NCBI GenBank assembly: GCA_902537275.1
Contig: CACBAW010000001.1
Location: forward strand, 18,313 to 82,312
DNA from: an uncultured Synechococcaceae cyanobacterium
GTDB taxonomy: Bacteria > Cyanobacteriota > Cyanobacteriia > PCC-6307 > Cyanobiaceae
Direction: 5' to 3'
DNA length: 64,000 nt
The position numbers and the translations under genes were made by a program. The notes below the pieces were generated by a model that did no database searches, was not told the DNA's origin, and saw nothing but the letters and a program-made list of their open reading frames with translations. Positions within the stretch are counted from its first letter, which is position 1. Every line of letters starts with the position of its first letter. Below, piece by piece: positions 10,875 through 22,708 of the stretch.

Positions 10875-11210
10875 TTAAGAGTTGTTTACTTCTAAGCTAT
10901 TTAACAACTTTATAAATCCAAACAAAATAACAAAATCACTTAGTGTTAAAAAGGATTCTGCAAAGCCATGCAGGAAGTCAACCTCAACAAGGGTTTTATC
11001 ATAGTAATTTAGTGTGAAGATAGATACCAATATAGTTATAAATACGAATAAAACAGTTAAGGAAAAACCTGTTTTAACAAAAATATTAACAGATTTTATT
11101 TTATACAAGTAAAACAAAAATATTGCATATGGAATTATTGATACTGCGAACAATAATGTGTTATCAATGGAACCTAATTTTTCTATTAATTTAAAAAATA
11201 AATCATTCAT
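10875..11210 (-). CDS. DUF3593-type membrane protein
   Basis: LFAVSIIPY..FL, LVEVDFLHGFAESFLTLS; paired with ycf49-like gene. Confidence 0.8.
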   Translation of the reverse strand: MNDLFFKLIEKLGSIDNTLLFAVSIIPYAIFLFYLYKIKSVNIFVKTGFSLTVLFVFITILVSIFTLNYYDKTLVEVDFLHGFAESFLTLSDFVILFGFIKLLNSLEVNNS

Positions 11211-11505
11211 AAGTCTCTCCCTTTTTAAAAATAGTGAATGATGCGAGAGCTAATGTTGAATTACCAATAAATGTAAATATCCCTTGAAGCGTTACTAATC
11301 CGTACAATACATCTTTATTATCATAGATATGCCAAGTAATAGCGCACATGGCTCCTATTAAGTTTGGAACCATAGCTAAGCTTAACCAAAAAAATAAATT
11401 GTATTCTTTCTTTGTAGAAATTTTGTGTATAACAAAGATGGTAAATATCCATTCAATGACTGAGGAGATGTGAATTAACCAAGTTCCAAATGAAAGTTCG
11501 TGCAA
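11203..11505 (-). CDS. Ycf49/DUF2499 family protein
   Basis: HELSFGTWLIHISSVIEW, AMCAITWH. Confidence 0.88.
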   Translation of the reverse strand: MHELSFGTWLIHISSVIEWIFTIFVIHKISTKKEYNLFFWLSLAMVPNLIGAMCAITWHIYDNKDVLYGLVTLQGIFTFIGNSTLALASFTIFKKGETYE

Positions 11506-11508
11506 AAT

Positions 11509-12045
11509 TTATATTTTTTTCTTCAGTACATTAAGTACTTCCTTAGCATGATTTATAGGTAAAACACTTATCCATCTATAAGAAATTTCCCCTTCTGGAG
11601 AAATCAAAAAAGTATTTCTATCTGAAAATGGAGGAATCCAAGAACCATATTTATCGCTAATAATTCCTTCAGGATCGGATAATAAAGTATAGTTTATAGA
11701 TTTCTCGCTGCAGAAATTTTCATGAGAATCTTGATTATCAGCACTAATACCAACAATTTCAGCATTATATTTTGAAAAATCTTTTTTTAATTCCGAAAAA
11801 CCTTTAGCTTCAAGAGTGCAACCTGCTGTAAAGTCCTTTGGATAAAAATACATAACAAGCCACTTACCTTGAAAATCATTTAATTCCCAAATATTTTTTG
11901 ATTTTATGTTTTTATTAAAACCTTCTAATTGAAAGTTTGGAGCAACATCTCCAACTTCAGGGGCAAAGTCAAAAGCAAATGCTGAATTGCAATTAAATAA
12001 AAAAATAAAAGGTATTAGTATACTTACAACTAAATTTCTCATCAA
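11509..12045 (-). CDS. peroxiredoxin, BCP/PrxQ type
   Basis: YFYPKDFTAGCTLEA peroxidatic motif; N-terminal signal-like segment. Confidence 0.92.
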   Translation of the reverse strand: MMRNLVVSILIPFIFLFNCNSAFAFDFAPEVGDVAPNFQLEGFNKNIKSKNIWELNDFQGKWLVMYFYPKDFTAGCTLEAKGFSELKKDFSKYNAEIVGISADNQDSHENFCSEKSINYTLLSDPEGIISDKYGSWIPPFSDRNTFLISPEGEISYRWISVLPINHAKEVLNVLKKKI

Positions 12046-12047
12046 AT

Positions 12048-12284
12048 TTAGAATTTTTTTAAATCAACTCCATTTGATTTAGCAAATTTATCTAAACCTA
12101 CTTTTTGTATAGACTTTAGTGCTTTGGTACTAATTTTAATATTAATCCATTTTTTTCCCTCTTCCCACCAAAGTCTCCTTTTTTGGAGATTAACTTGTTG
12201 CAATTTTTTTGTACGAATATGTGAGTGACTAACTGCCATCCCGTTATTAGCTTTTGCACCGGTCAGTTCGCAAACTCTTGACAT
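12048..12284 (-). CDS. rpmB: 50S ribosomal protein L28
   Basis: MSRVCELTG...[17 protein letters not shown]. Confidence 0.97.
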   Translation of the reverse strand: MSRVCELTGAKANNGMAVSHSHIRTKKLQQVNLQKRRLWWEEGKKWINIKISTKALKSIQKVGLDKFAKSNGVDLKKF

Positions 12285-12323
12285 TTTTATTGAGTTATAT
12301 CTTTAAAAATTTTAACACATGAC

Positions 12324-14228
12324 TCAATTTGCTGAATTAAGTAAATCTGAAATTAATTCGGCATTATTATTTTGTAAATTGATTATCTGTTCTTGATCTA
12401 ATCCACCAACGGAAAGCTTAGCCATATCGTACACATGATTAGCAATTTTAGATGCCAATGGATTCTCAATAGAATCTTTTTCATCAATAATTATTTTGTT
12501 GCCTGTAATTTTATTAAGACCAACAATAAGTGGATGTTCTTTGTTAATTAAGAGCACATGATATTCAGGCAAGCCAGGCATCTTTTGTTCCATGTAAGCG
12601 CCCATATCATTAATTCTTCTCATTTGTTCTGGAAGCAAGATCATCGCTGGAGGAGCATCTTTACTTGAAAGTGACTGCACTTTAACTGTTACTTTCTCAT
12701 TGTTTAGGGCCTTAACTATCGTATCTCTTAGATTATCTGTATTTGATTTGCCATCCTTATCTACAATTTCTTTAGATTCTTTATCTTCTAGTTCATTTAT
12801 TTCTGAATCTACTCTTTGGAATTGATAATCTTCATTTTTACTTTCCAACCATGGGAGAAATTGTGCGTCAATTAAGGGATCAGATTTAATAACTTCTTTA
12901 TTATCAGATAAACAGATATTTAAAGCACTAGACTGTGCAATCAAATCTGAACAGTAAATTATTTTTTTAGAATCAGTTAATTTATTTCGCTCTTTATAAT
13001 TTGCGAGAGTTGTGAAATATTTATCATTGGACTTGATGAGTGATTTATTTTCAATATCTTTTGTTACGTCTTTCTCGGAATTTAATATTGTTTCGAAAAT
13101 TATACTGTTTTCGACTAAATCAGCAAATTTTTCATCTTCGATAGCACCAATTTTAATAAAAGCAGAGATTGAATCCCAAATTTCTGAATAAAAAGCTGGA
13201 GAATTTTTTATTAAATCCTTCAGTTTATTAGCTATTTTTTTTGAAATAAATGATGATATAGACCTTACTTTTCTATCTGTTTGTAATGCACTTCTACTAA
13301 CATTTAGAGGTATATCTGTTGAGTCAATAACTCCTCTTAGAGGTAAAAGGTATTTTGGTACTATCTCTTTAATTGAGTCGCTTACGAATACTTGATTGCA
13401 AAATAGTTTTATTTCTCCCTTTTCCCAATCAGCTCTACCTGACAATTTTGGAAAATACAATATCCCTTGTATGTCATATGGATAATCTGTATTTAGATGA
13501 ATCCATAACAGTGGATCTCCCTGGAAAGGATAAAGGTATTTATATAACTCAATATAATCTTCATCTTTTAATTCACTGGGTTGTTTTCTCCAAGGAGGAT
13601 TTTTCTTATTTATTGTCTCTCCTTCTAATAAGACATCTATTGGCATAAAATCACAATATTTTTTTATTAGTGATTTAATTCTTTCGGGCTCGATAAACTC
13701 TTTTTCTTCTTCAAGTAGGTGAAGAATAACATCTGTACCAATTGTCTTTCTTTCTGATTCCTCTAACGTGAATTTTGGCGAACCATCACAAGACCATTTG
13801 AAAGCTTTTGATTCTCCAATTGCCGACTTAGTTAATATTTCAACTCTATCTGCCACCATGAAACTTGAATAAAAACCTAGTCCAAAATGACCAATGAATT
13901 CCTCATTATCTTTTTTGTATTTAGTTAGAAATTCTTCAGCACTAGAAAATGCAACTTGATTTATGTACTTCTTAATTTCTTCATCATTCATTCCAATTCC
14001 ATTATCGGAAATTGTTAACGTATTTTTTTCACGGTTAATTGTTATTTTTACTTGAGCCTCTTCAGTATTCTCGCAATCACCTGCCATAGAGGCCATTCTT
14101 CTTTTACTAATTGCGTCAACACCATTACTAACAAGTTCTCTTAAAAAGATTTCATGGTCAGAATATACTGCCTTCTTGATAATTGGGAAAATATTTTCGG
14201 TATTAATACGAATTTCGCCTTTTTCCAT
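12324..14228 (-). CDS. htpG: Hsp90 chaperone HtpG
   Basis: YSDHEIFLRELVSN, DNGIGM, IGHFGLGFYSSF, DIPLNVSRS. Confidence 0.97.
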   Translation of the reverse strand: MEKGEIRINTENIFPIIKKAVYSDHEIFLRELVSNGVDAISKRRMASMAGDCENTEEAQVKITINREKNTLTISDNGIGMNDEEIKKYINQVAFSSAEEFLTKYKKDNEEFIGHFGLGFYSSFMVADRVEILTKSAIGESKAFKWSCDGSPKFTLEESERKTIGTDVILHLLEEEKEFIEPERIKSLIKKYCDFMPIDVLLEGETINKKNPPWRKQPSELKDEDYIELYKYLYPFQGDPLLWIHLNTDYPYDIQGILYFPKLSGRADWEKGEIKLFCNQVFVSDSIKEIVPKYLLPLRGVIDSTDIPLNVSRSALQTDRKVRSISSFISKKIANKLKDLIKNSPAFYSEIWDSISAFIKIGAIEDEKFADLVENSIIFETILNSEKDVTKDIENKSLIKSNDKYFTTLANYKERNKLTDSKKIIYCSDLIAQSSALNICLSDNKEVIKSDPLIDAQFLPWLESKNEDYQFQRVDSEINELEDKESKEIVDKDGKSNTDNLRDTIVKALNNEKVTVKVQSLSSKDAPPAMILLPEQMRRINDMGAYMEQKMPGLPEYHVLLINKEHPLIVGLNKITGNKIIIDEKDSIENPLASKIANHVYDMAKLSVGGLDQEQIINLQNNNAELISDLLNSAN

Positions 14229-14344
14229 TTAAAAAAAATCAAACATATTAAATACTATTTCTTAAAAACCTGTTAATCAAGTTTAATTAGGAGTATTGTC
14301 CGAACATTATTTGAATCTTAAAACCTAAATAAACTTTTAATGGT

Positions 14345-15496
14345 TTAATTAACCCACAAAATCTCAGTACAATTGTTCTCTTTCATAATTTGATTGGCTT
14401 TAGCCAAGTCATCACATGGATTTAAATGTAAGACAGCAATATTTCCTTTTTTCTGTTGTGCTTTTTGTTCATTCATACCTTTTTCTAACAAATAAGAATC
14501 TTTAAACATCAATAAAATCTTTTTTTTATCTGTCTTTTCTTCTTTAATTAAATTTCTTAAAATATCTACTGAAATTGTAAATCCAATTCCATTAAATATT
14601 TTCTCATTAGGACTAAATGATCTTACTAACTCATCATATCTTCCGCCTTTTGCGATGACGCTTTTATTTTTACCATTATCTACTATTAATTGAAAAACTA
14701 TTCCTTCATATAAATTTAAGTGAGGTTGAAAAGTGGGATCAAGTTGTAATTTAACACCATATTTATTTGATATTTTTGATAATGTTTCAAATAAAAAATT
14801 TAAGTCATCTAATGTTTTACTAGTACCATACGTAGTTTTTAATTTTTTTAATATTGCCATTGGTTCTCCTCTTGTGAATAAAAGATCTTTAAGTATATAT
14901 TTATCATCTTCATCTATTCCTAATTTAGATAAATTATCTTGATCAAAATTAACAAGACTTTTCTTAATTTCTTCAAAATTATTATTCTTATATTTGTTCA
15001 GGATCAAATCCATTATTTTTGTGGTGCTTACAAGTAGAAATAAATTACAACCATCCTTCAAATTAATATTATCGATTGAATCAAACAAAATATTAATAAC
15101 TTCAATTTCTGGGTATTTTGTATCATATCCAATTAATTCAATTCCACTCTGCAATTTTTCTTGTAACTTAAATAAATTTTTATTATTTTGTTTTTTATCA
15201 AAAACAGTTCCATTGGTGAATAATCTTATAGGTCTTTTCTTATTTATTAATCTAGTAGATGACAATTTTACAATTGATGTTGTCATTTCTGGCCTAAGAC
15301 ATAATGAATTATTACTTACTATTCCTACAACCTGATTTTCGTCGATAACGCCGCGGCCTTTTATGGTCTCTAAAGTATTTATAAATGAGGGTGAAACCTC
15401 TTCATATCCCCATAGTTTATAAATACTATTTAAATTATTTATTATATTTGAGTTATTTTTTACATCGACTAATTTAATTTCCTTTATATCTGTCAT
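14345..15496 (-). CDS. hisZ: ATP phosphoribosyltransferase regulatory subunit
   Basis: HisRS-like LRPEMTTSI, QSGIELIG, YEGIVF, GGRYDEL. Confidence 0.88.
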   Translation of the reverse strand: MTDIKEIKLVDVKNNSNIINNLNSIYKLWGYEEVSPSFINTLETIKGRGVIDENQVVGIVSNNSLCLRPEMTTSIVKLSSTRLINKKRPIRLFTNGTVFDKKQNNKNLFKLQEKLQSGIELIGYDTKYPEIEVINILFDSIDNINLKDGCNLFLLVSTTKIMDLILNKYKNNNFEEIKKSLVNFDQDNLSKLGIDEDDKYILKDLLFTRGEPMAILKKLKTTYGTSKTLDDLNFLFETLSKISNKYGVKLQLDPTFQPHLNLYEGIVFQLIVDNGKNKSVIAKGGRYDELVRSFSPNEKIFNGIGFTISVDILRNLIKEEKTDKKKILLMFKDSYLLEKGMNEQKAQQKKGNIAVLHLNPCDDLAKANQIMKENNCTEILWVN

Positions 15497-15508
15497 TTTA
15501 ATATTTCA

Positions 15509-16363
15509 CTAATTATAGGTATAGAGATTTTTTTTAAATGGAGAAACTTTATCTAGTTCATTTTTTAATTCATTCTCAAGGCTTGGAGAACAAGCTAAAA
15601 TTCTTCCTGAACTTAAATTAAATTCGCCTGATGGATAATCAGAAATAACACCACCAGCCTCTTTAACAATAATAGCACCGGCCGCTAGGTCCCATACCTC
15701 CAATCCTCTTTCCCAGTATCCATCTACCTTACCTGCCGCAACAAATGCTAGATCTACTGCTGCTGCACCTCCTCTTCTAACACCTCTAGTTTTATGTGTT
15801 AAATAACAAAATTCAGCATAATTATTATCCTCTGTCTCAAATCTGTCATAAGAGAAACCAGTTACAAGTAGACTATCAGCAAGATTAGCACGATTCGATA
15901 CTTTAAGTTCACTATCATTGCAGAATGAACCTAAACCTATACAGGCTGAATATAGTTCATTTAAATAAGGTACTGATATAGCGCCTATAACTGGCTTATT
16001 TTTATATACAAGACCAATAGAAGTTCCAAAAAAAGGATATCCATGGGAATAATTTGTTGTACCGTCTAATGGGTCTATACACCACGTTAAATCCGTAGAT
16101 TTGGTTAATTTACCCGATTCCTCTGCATTTATAGAAATGTTTGGTGTCTCTTCTAATAAATATTCTTTTATTTTATTCTCAACTTCCAAATCTACATTGG
16201 TAACTAGATCACCCTTCCTACCCTTTGATGATATTTTCTGAATTTTATTGTAATTAACTTTTAAAATTTCATTACCAATTTGAGCGGAATTCTTTGCTAT
16301 TTCGTACAAACTGGGTAAGTTTACATGGTTTGCAAGTTCGTCTATTTCACTTAATTCAAACAT
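15509..16363 (-). CDS. suhB: inositol monophosphatase family protein
   Basis: WCIDPLDGTTNY, WDLAAG motifs. Confidence 0.9.
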   Translation of the reverse strand: MFELSEIDELANHVNLPSLYEIAKNSAQIGNEILKVNYNKIQKISSKGRKGDLVTNVDLEVENKIKEYLLEETPNISINAEESGKLTKSTDLTWCIDPLDGTTNYSHGYPFFGTSIGLVYKNKPVIGAISVPYLNELYSACIGLGSFCNDSELKVSNRANLADSLLVTGFSYDRFETEDNNYAEFCYLTHKTRGVRRGGAAAVDLAFVAAGKVDGYWERGLEVWDLAAGAIIVKEAGGVISDYPSGEFNLSSGRILACSPSLENELKNELDKVSPFKKNLYTYN

Positions 16364-16368
16364 GATAA

Positions 16369-16743
16369 TTAATCTTCCTCAAACTCCCAGGGTGGCGCAA
16401 CTCTTGTATTCCCTCTTCCAAAATATTGTCCAAATTGTAAATCGTAAACTTCATCTTCATATGTAGTTTCTACCTCAAGATCTGAAGTTGCTTTAGCAAC
16501 ACAAAGTAGTGCATAACCTTTATCTTTTAAGGCTTGAGATACACCCATAGCTTCAGGTTGTTGCAAACTGCCAGATAATATCTTAATTGCACAACTTGTA
16601 CAGCAACCATTTCTACAGGAAAAAGCAAGTTTGAAACCCTTTTTTTCAAATTCCTTAAGTATGTACTCATCGCAATTAACCTCCTCTTGGTATACCTTCC
16701 CGGTTTCCTTATTTTTAATCGTGACTGTGAAAGTATTTTTCAA
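16369..16743 (-). CDS. [2Fe-2S] ferredoxin with C-terminal extension (Fed2/FdC2 type)
   Basis: SCRNGCCTSC...LLC; tail EDEVYDLQFGQYF. Confidence 0.9.
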   Translation of the reverse strand: MKNTFTVTIKNKETGKVYQEEVNCDEYILKEFEKKGFKLAFSCRNGCCTSCAIKILSGSLQQPEAMGVSQALKDKGYALLCVAKATSDLEVETTYEDEVYDLQFGQYFGRGNTRVAPPWEFEED

Positions 16744-16792
16744 ATAACTTTACTCTAAAATGGGATGATCAAGGGTTAAAATGGTTATCTTG

Positions 16793-16879
16793 GGAGAGGT
16801 GGCCGAGTGGTTGAAGGCGCAGCACTGGAAATGCTGTATAGAGGCAACTTTATCGAGGGTTCGAATCCCTCTCTCTCCG
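16793..16879 (+). tRNA. tRNA-Ser(GGA)
   Basis: GGAGAGG acceptor, TGGCCGAGTGG D arm, CAGCA-CT-GGA-AA-TGCTG anticodon arm, long variable arm, GGTTCGAATCC. Confidence 0.96.
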
Positions 16880-17092
16880 TTTTATATTAGTTTATTTTGG
16901 TTAACTACATCAACACATTTGTTATTAAAGAATCTTTTAAAATAGTTAGTAATCTTTTTGACAAGTTATAAATAATCTTTTTTATTTAAATTAAGTTGAA
17001 AATATTGGATTTTTACTATTATATGTAAATATCTAAGATAAAAATTAATTAAATTATTAGTAAATTTTGCTTTAATTTAGCAATCTAAAATC

Positions 17093-19090
17093 ATGGGGCA
17101 AATAGTTGGAATTGATTTAGGTACTACTAACTCTGTAGTCGGAGTTATAGAAGCTGGTCGTCCAATTGTTATTGCAAATTCAGAGGGATCTAGAACTACA
17201 CCTTCAATAGTTGGATTTACAAAAGACAAGGAAATAGTGATAGGGGACCAAGCGAGAAGACAACTTGTTCTAAATCCTAAGAATACCTTTTATAACCTAA
17301 AAAGATTTATTGGAAGTGATTGGGATGAATTAGATGAGAATAGTATTTCTGTTCCTTATAACGTAAAAGCTAATAACAATGGAAGCGTTAGGGTTCTTAG
17401 TCCTAATACAGAAAGGGAGTATGCACCAGAAGAATTAGTGAGCTCATTAATTAGAAAATTAATTAATGATGCTGAAACTTATCTTGGAGATACTGTTGAT
17501 TCTGCGGTTATTACGGTCCCTGCTTACTTTAATGAATCTCAAAGGCAAGCTACAAAGGATTCTGCAATATTAGCTGGTATTAAAGTAGATAGAATTCTAA
17601 ATGAACCTACTGCTGCTGCTCTAGCTTATGGTTTTGAAAAAAGTTCTTCTAATAATGTTTTAGTTTTTGATTTGGGAGGAGGAACATTTGATGTTTCATT
17701 ATTGAAAATTTCTAATGGTGTATTTGATGTTAAAGCTACTTGTGGTGATACACAGCTAGGTGGAAATAATTTTGATTCAAAAATAGTTGATTGGCTTGCA
17801 GAAAAATTTCTATCTAAACATAATATTGATCTAAGAAGGGATAGACAAGCTTTACAGAGATTAACTGAGGCTGCTGAAAAAGCTAAATGTGAATTGTCAG
17901 GATTACAAAAAACAAAAATATCTTTACCATTTATCACAACGAATAAAGAGGGACCATTACATATTGAAGAAACCTTAGATAGGAAAATATTTGAATCATT
18001 ATCACAAGATTTACTTGATAGATTATTAGAACCTGTGCAAATAGCTTTAGATGATTCTGGATGGAATGCAGAAGATATTGATGAGGTTGTTCTTGTAGGT
18101 GGCAGCACTAGAATTCCAATGGTTCAACAATTAGTAAAGACTCTTGTTCCAAATGATCCTTGTCAATCTGTTAACCCCGATGAAGTTGTAGCTGTTGGAG
18201 CTGCTATACAATCTGGAATTATTAGTGGTGATTTACAAGATTTACTCCTAAATGACGTTACTCCCTTATCTCTAGGTTTAGAAACTATTGGTGGTCTTAT
18301 GAAGGTACTCATTCCTCGTAATACTCCAATACCAGTTAGACAATCTGATGTTTTTAGTACCTCCGAAGCTAATCAATCATCCGTTGTTGTTCAAGTACGG
18401 CAGGGAGAAAGGCCTTTAGCCTCTGAAAATAAATCACTTGGTAAATTTAGACTATCAGGAATACCTCCAGCTCCAAGAGGAATACCTCAAGTCCAGGTAG
18501 CATTTGATATTGATGCTAATGGTCTTTTGGAAGTAAGTGCAACTGATAGAACTACTGGAAGAAAGCAAACAGTTACAATTTCTGGAGGCTCTAATTTAAA
18601 TGAACAAGAAATAAATTCGATAATTGAAGAAGCTAAATCAAAAGCTAACGAAGATAGGAAGAAAAGATCTGTAATTGATAGAAAAAATAGTGCTTTAACT
18701 CTGATAGCACAAGCTGAGAGAAGACTTAGGGATGCTTCATTGGAATTTGGCCCTTATGGAGCCGAAAGGCAACAGCGAGCTGTTGAATTGGCTATTGAAG
18801 ATGTTGAAGAATATTTAGATGACGATGATCCTCAAGAATTAGAAATTTCAGTAAGTGCTCTACAAGAAGCTTTATTCGGCTTAAACAGAAAATTTTCGGC
18901 TGAAAAGAAAACAGATAATAATCCCTTACAGGGTATTAAAAATACATTTGGATCATTAAAGGATGAACTATTTTCAGATGATTATTGGGATGATGATCCT
19001 TGGGATAATCAAATGAATAGAAATTATAGAAATTCGAGGTATGGTAATTCTAGGGACGATGATCCATGGGACAATGACTACTTCCTCTAA
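17093..19090 (+). CDS. dnaK: Hsp70 chaperone DnaK (DnaK3-like, acidic Trp tail)
   Basis: [24 protein letters not shown]; in operon with dnaJ. Confidence 0.97.
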   Translation: MGQIVGIDLGTTNSVVGVIEAGRPIVIANSEGSRTTPSIVGFTKDKEIVIGDQARRQLVLNPKNTFYNLKRFIGSDWDELDENSISVPYNVKANNNGSVRVLSPNTEREYAPEELVSSLIRKLINDAETYLGDTVDSAVITVPAYFNESQRQATKDSAILAGIKVDRILNEPTAAALAYGFEKSSSNNVLVFDLGGGTFDVSLLKISNGVFDVKATCGDTQLGGNNFDSKIVDWLAEKFLSKHNIDLRRDRQALQRLTEAAEKAKCELSGLQKTKISLPFITTNKEGPLHIEETLDRKIFESLSQDLLDRLLEPVQIALDDSGWNAEDIDEVVLVGGSTRIPMVQQLVKTLVPNDPCQSVNPDEVVAVGAAIQSGIISGDLQDLLLNDVTPLSLGLETIGGLMKVLIPRNTPIPVRQSDVFSTSEANQSSVVVQVRQGERPLASENKSLGKFRLSGIPPAPRGIPQVQVAFDIDANGLLEVSATDRTTGRKQTVTISGGSNLNEQEINSIIEEAKSKANEDRKKRSVIDRKNSALTLIAQAERRLRDASLEFGPYGAERQQRAVELAIEDVEEYLDDDDPQELEISVSALQEALFGLNRKFSAEKKTDNNPLQGIKNTFGSLKDELFSDDYWDDDPWDNQMNRNYRNSRYGNSRDDDPWDNDYFL

Positions 19091-20015
19091 AAAAGACTAC
19101 TTGTCGATTTTGGGTTTAGCTCCTAATTTCGATAATAATGAACTAAAAAAGGCTTTTCGAAGAGAAGCGAGAAAATGGCATCCTGATTTAAATAAAAACG
19201 ATCTTAATGCAGAAGAAAGATTTAAATTAATTAACGAAGCATATGAATATCTGCGTGATCCTAATGTAAGGAAGAATAATTCAGATGAAATAATCCAGGA
19301 TGATAACGAAAATAATAATTTCAAGACAGGTTTTCCTGATTTTCAAGATTATCTTGATACCTTATTTGGATATGAATACTCACCAAAGAATTACGAGGAA
19401 TATGATAATGATTCATTTGAGGATGAATCGATAAATACAAATAATTACGAATTTAATAATTATGAATACCCTACAACCTCTCCAGAAGAGCCGCCCCCAG
19501 TTAAACTCCACCAAGATATTGAGACAATTATTGAATTAACGCCTGATGAAGCCTTAAATGGTGCTTCAATTTTAATAGAACTTGAAGATGAAACCGTAGT
19601 AGAAGTTGATACACCTCCTTTTGCTGGAGATGGATGGCGATTAAGACTTGAAAATATTGCAAGAGGGGGTAAAGATCATTATCTACAGTTAAAAGTTCAA
19701 ACGGAAAGTGGTCTAAGAATTGATGGTTTAAGAGTTCTTTATAAATTAGAACTATTTCCTCATGATGCACTTCTTGGTTGTGCAGTAGAGATTCCTACCC
19801 TTGATGGAAATGTCACACTTCAAGTACCACCAAAATCATCTACGGGAAGAATGTTACGTTTGAAAGGTAGGGGTTTAACATTTGAAGATAATGTAGGAGA
19901 TCAATATGTTGAAATATTGGTTGTGATACCTGCTGATATTAACGACGAGGAAATTGCTTTATATACAAGATTACAAGAATTATCACTTTCTGATTCTCAA
20001 TCAAATATTATATAA
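19074..20015 (+). CDS. dnaJ: type II DnaJ co-chaperone (no zinc finger)
   Basis: N-terminal J domain with WHPDLN; C-terminal IPTLDG...LRLKGRG; overlaps dnaK end. Confidence 0.9.
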   Translation: MTTSSKKDYLSILGLAPNFDNNELKKAFRREARKWHPDLNKNDLNAEERFKLINEAYEYLRDPNVRKNNSDEIIQDDNENNNFKTGFPDFQDYLDTLFGYEYSPKNYEEYDNDSFEDESINTNNYEFNNYEYPTTSPEEPPPVKLHQDIETIIELTPDEALNGASILIELEDETVVEVDTPPFAGDGWRLRLENIARGGKDHYLQLKVQTESGLRIDGLRVLYKLELFPHDALLGCAVEIPTLDGNVTLQVPPKSSTGRMLRLKGRGLTFEDNVGDQYVEILVVIPADINDEEIALYTRLQELSLSDSQSNII

Positions 20016-20032
20016 TTAAAAAATTTATACTT

Positions 20033-20416
20033 ATGAATATATTTGTTCTTTTATATAATTCAGGAACAGATAAAGAAGGAATTCATTCAATAGAACTTAA
20101 AGGAAGGACAATTGTTCTTATGTTTGAAGATAAGGATGATGCAACTAGATATTGTGGTCTATTAGAAGCTCAAGATTTTCCTTTACCAACAGTTGAGATG
20201 ATCAACATAGATGAAATAAAAGATTTCTGCATTAAATTAGATTATGAATATAAATTAGTAGAAAAAAATTTTGTACCTAAAACAGCAGAAGATAGATTAT
20301 TAATTTCACCACCCCAAAAAAACTTAGATGTTGAAAATTGGGGTGAAGACAAAAAAAGTAATAAAGATGACATTGATATAAATACCATTAAGGAAAACCT
20401 AGAAAAGTTGCTTTAG
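20033..20416 (+). CDS. DUF3110-type protein
   Basis: VLLYNSGTDKEGIHS...FEDKDDATRYCGLLEAQDFP. Confidence 0.85.
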   Translation: MNIFVLLYNSGTDKEGIHSIELKGRTIVLMFEDKDDATRYCGLLEAQDFPLPTVEMINIDEIKDFCIKLDYEYKLVEKNFVPKTAEDRLLISPPQKNLDVENWGEDKKSNKDDIDINTIKENLEKLL

Positions 20417-20453
20417 CTATTAAAATATCAATAAAATACTAAACAAATAAAAA

Positions 20454-20891
20454 ATGACAACTGCATTATTTGAAACAGAAGTTGGGAACATAAAAATTGA
20501 ATTTTTCTCTGACGACGCACCTAATACAGTTAAAAACTTCACGAAGTTGATTAGTGATGGTTTTTATAATGGTCTAGAATTTCACAGAGTTATTCCTGGA
20601 TTTATGGCTCAAGGTGGATGTCCAAATACTCGTAAAGGAGCGTCTGGTATGCCTGGAACTGGAGGACCTGGATATAATATTAAATGTGAAATCAATTCTA
20701 ATAAACATCTTAAAGGTTCACTATCAATGGCTCATGCAGGAAAAGATACAGGTGGTAGTCAGTTTTTTATAGTTTATGAGCCACAGCCTCATCTCGATGG
20801 AGTTCATACTGTTTTTGGTAAGACAGATGATATGGATGTAGTGTTAAAGCTTACTAATGGTTCAAAAATTCTTAAAGCAACTTTAAAATAG
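20454..20891 (+). CDS. cyclophilin-type peptidyl-prolyl isomerase
   Basis: [39 protein letters not shown]. Confidence 0.95.
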   Translation: MTTALFETEVGNIKIEFFSDDAPNTVKNFTKLISDGFYNGLEFHRVIPGFMAQGGCPNTRKGASGMPGTGGPGYNIKCEINSNKHLKGSLSMAHAGKDTGGSQFFIVYEPQPHLDGVHTVFGKTDDMDVVLKLTNGSKILKATLK

Positions 20892-20895
20892 TTAT

Positions 20896-22620
20896 TTAGC
20901 TTTCAAAAACAATACTGAATGTTTCTTTATCTAGATTAAATTTCCTGGTAGATGAATATAAGATTTCATTATTGATAGTAAATTTTGTATTTATTAATTT
21001 GATGCTACTTTTTGGGTGTAATGCTTGTTCAATGTTTCTAGAAACAATAATTCCAATCTTTGTACTATTTTCATAATTGGATAAGAACTGAATAAATAAT
21101 TCTATATTCTTTATCTCTTCATCAGTAACGTTGGAATTCGTTCTATTCTGATCATGTAAAATTCGCCAAACTAATTTCGGCCGATTCCAAAAAGCCAATA
21201 ATCGTGGACTACTTTCCAGTTTAATATTGATGTTCTGATCACTACAGAATTTAATAACGTTATTTTTTATAGGAACTAGATCAATAGAATTATATTTTCC
21301 GTCGAGAAAAATTGATATAAATGGATCGATATTCTTGAAATTAGGATTATCTTCATCAATCATGTGGCCTAACTTCGTTTTTTTTACACTCAAATATTCT
21401 GCATTATTATCGTTTGGACAAATTACTAATGGAACTCTCTCAATAACCTCTATTCCATAACCACCTAATCCAGCAATCTTTCTAGGATTGTTTGTAAGTA
21501 ATTTTAGTTTTTTTATCCCAAGATCCGTTAATATCTGTGCACCAACTCCATAATTCCTGAGATCAGCTGGAAAACCCAATTTTTCATTAGCTTCTACAGT
21601 GTCTAATCCACCATCCTGTAAACTGTAAGCTTTTAATTTATTTATTAGACCAATACCTCTGCCTTCCTGTCTCAAGTAAACAACAACTCCCTCTTCCTCC
21701 TTTTCTATCCTTGATAAAGCAGCCTCTAATTGAGGTCTACAATCACAACGTAATGATCCAAAAGCGTCGCCAGTTAAACATTCTGAATGCATTCTTACAA
21801 GTACAGGTTCACTTAATTTTGATGATTTTTGTTTAACTAAAGCAACGTGCTCTGAACCATCAAGTTCATTAACATATCCATAAGCTTTGAAATTACCAAA
21901 AATACTTGGAAGTACAGCATCGGATTTTCTAAATACAAATCTCTCAGTTTGAAAACGATAACTTATTAAATCAGCTATTGATATTAATTTCATCCCCCAC
22001 TGTTTTGCATACTCTTTTAGTTGTGGAAGTCTTGACATTGAACCATCAGGATTCTGTATTTCACAAATCACTCCAGCGGGATAAAGACCTGACATTGAAG
22101 CAATATCGACTGCTGCCTCGGTATGACCTGCCCTTTTTAATACTCCACCATTTTTAGCTCTTAATGGAAAAATATGTCCTGGTCTCCTTAAATCATCAGG
22201 TTTTGTATTTGGATTTATAGCAACTTGAATTGTCTTTGCCCTGTCTTCAGCGGAAATTCCTGTAGTAACATTATTTTCGGGTCCAGCGTCAATTGATATC
22301 GTAAAAGCTGTTTGATTTTCATCTGTATTTCTATCTACCATTAATGGTAAATCTAAAGAGTCAAGTTTTTCACCTTGCATCGCTAAGCATATAAGACCAC
22401 GTCCCTCAGTAGCCATAAAATTAATTTGCTGTGGAGTTGCAAACTGAGCCGCACATATTAAATCTCCTTCATTTTCTCTTCTTTCATCATCTACTACAAT
22501 TATGCATTCGCCATTTCTTATAGCCGCCAACGCATCGCTGATAGGATCAAATTCAATTTTAAAAGATGCATTTATATCCAAAATTGTTCCATTATTTGAT
22601 TTGGGACTTGTTTCTTTCAT
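20896..22620 (-). CDS. ribBA: bifunctional DHBP synthase / GTP cyclohydrolase II
   Basis: [39 protein letters not shown]; ATG 22620 preferred. Confidence 0.96.
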   Translation of the reverse strand: MKETSPKSNNGTILDINASFKIEFDPISDALAAIRNGECIIVVDDERRENEGDLICAAQFATPQQINFMATEGRGLICLAMQGEKLDSLDLPLMVDRNTDENQTAFTISIDAGPENNVTTGISAEDRAKTIQVAINPNTKPDDLRRPGHIFPLRAKNGGVLKRAGHTEAAVDIASMSGLYPAGVICEIQNPDGSMSRLPQLKEYAKQWGMKLISIADLISYRFQTERFVFRKSDAVLPSIFGNFKAYGYVNELDGSEHVALVKQKSSKLSEPVLVRMHSECLTGDAFGSLRCDCRPQLEAALSRIEKEEEGVVVYLRQEGRGIGLINKLKAYSLQDGGLDTVEANEKLGFPADLRNYGVGAQILTDLGIKKLKLLTNNPRKIAGLGGYGIEVIERVPLVICPNDNNAEYLSVKKTKLGHMIDEDNPNFKNIDPFISIFLDGKYNSIDLVPIKNNVIKFCSDQNINIKLESSPRLLAFWNRPKLVWRILHDQNRTNSNVTDEEIKNIELFIQFLSNYENSTKIGIIVSRNIEQALHPKSSIKLINTKFTINNEILYSSTRKFNLDKETFSIVFES

Positions 22621-22708
22621 TATTCCTATCAATATAGAAAAAAAGTGTTTTAGTTACCTTAAATTCAACACTTTATAATCCTATCTCAAAGTCTGCCAAT
22701 TCAAAAAA

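Noticed and set aside
6622-19770. ORFs opposite scpB, dxs, htpG, hisZ, dnaK and dnaJ, including 17626-18108 (160 aa)
   Set aside because: Fully nested antisense frames; long antisense ORFs opposite dnaK are a known codon-bias effect
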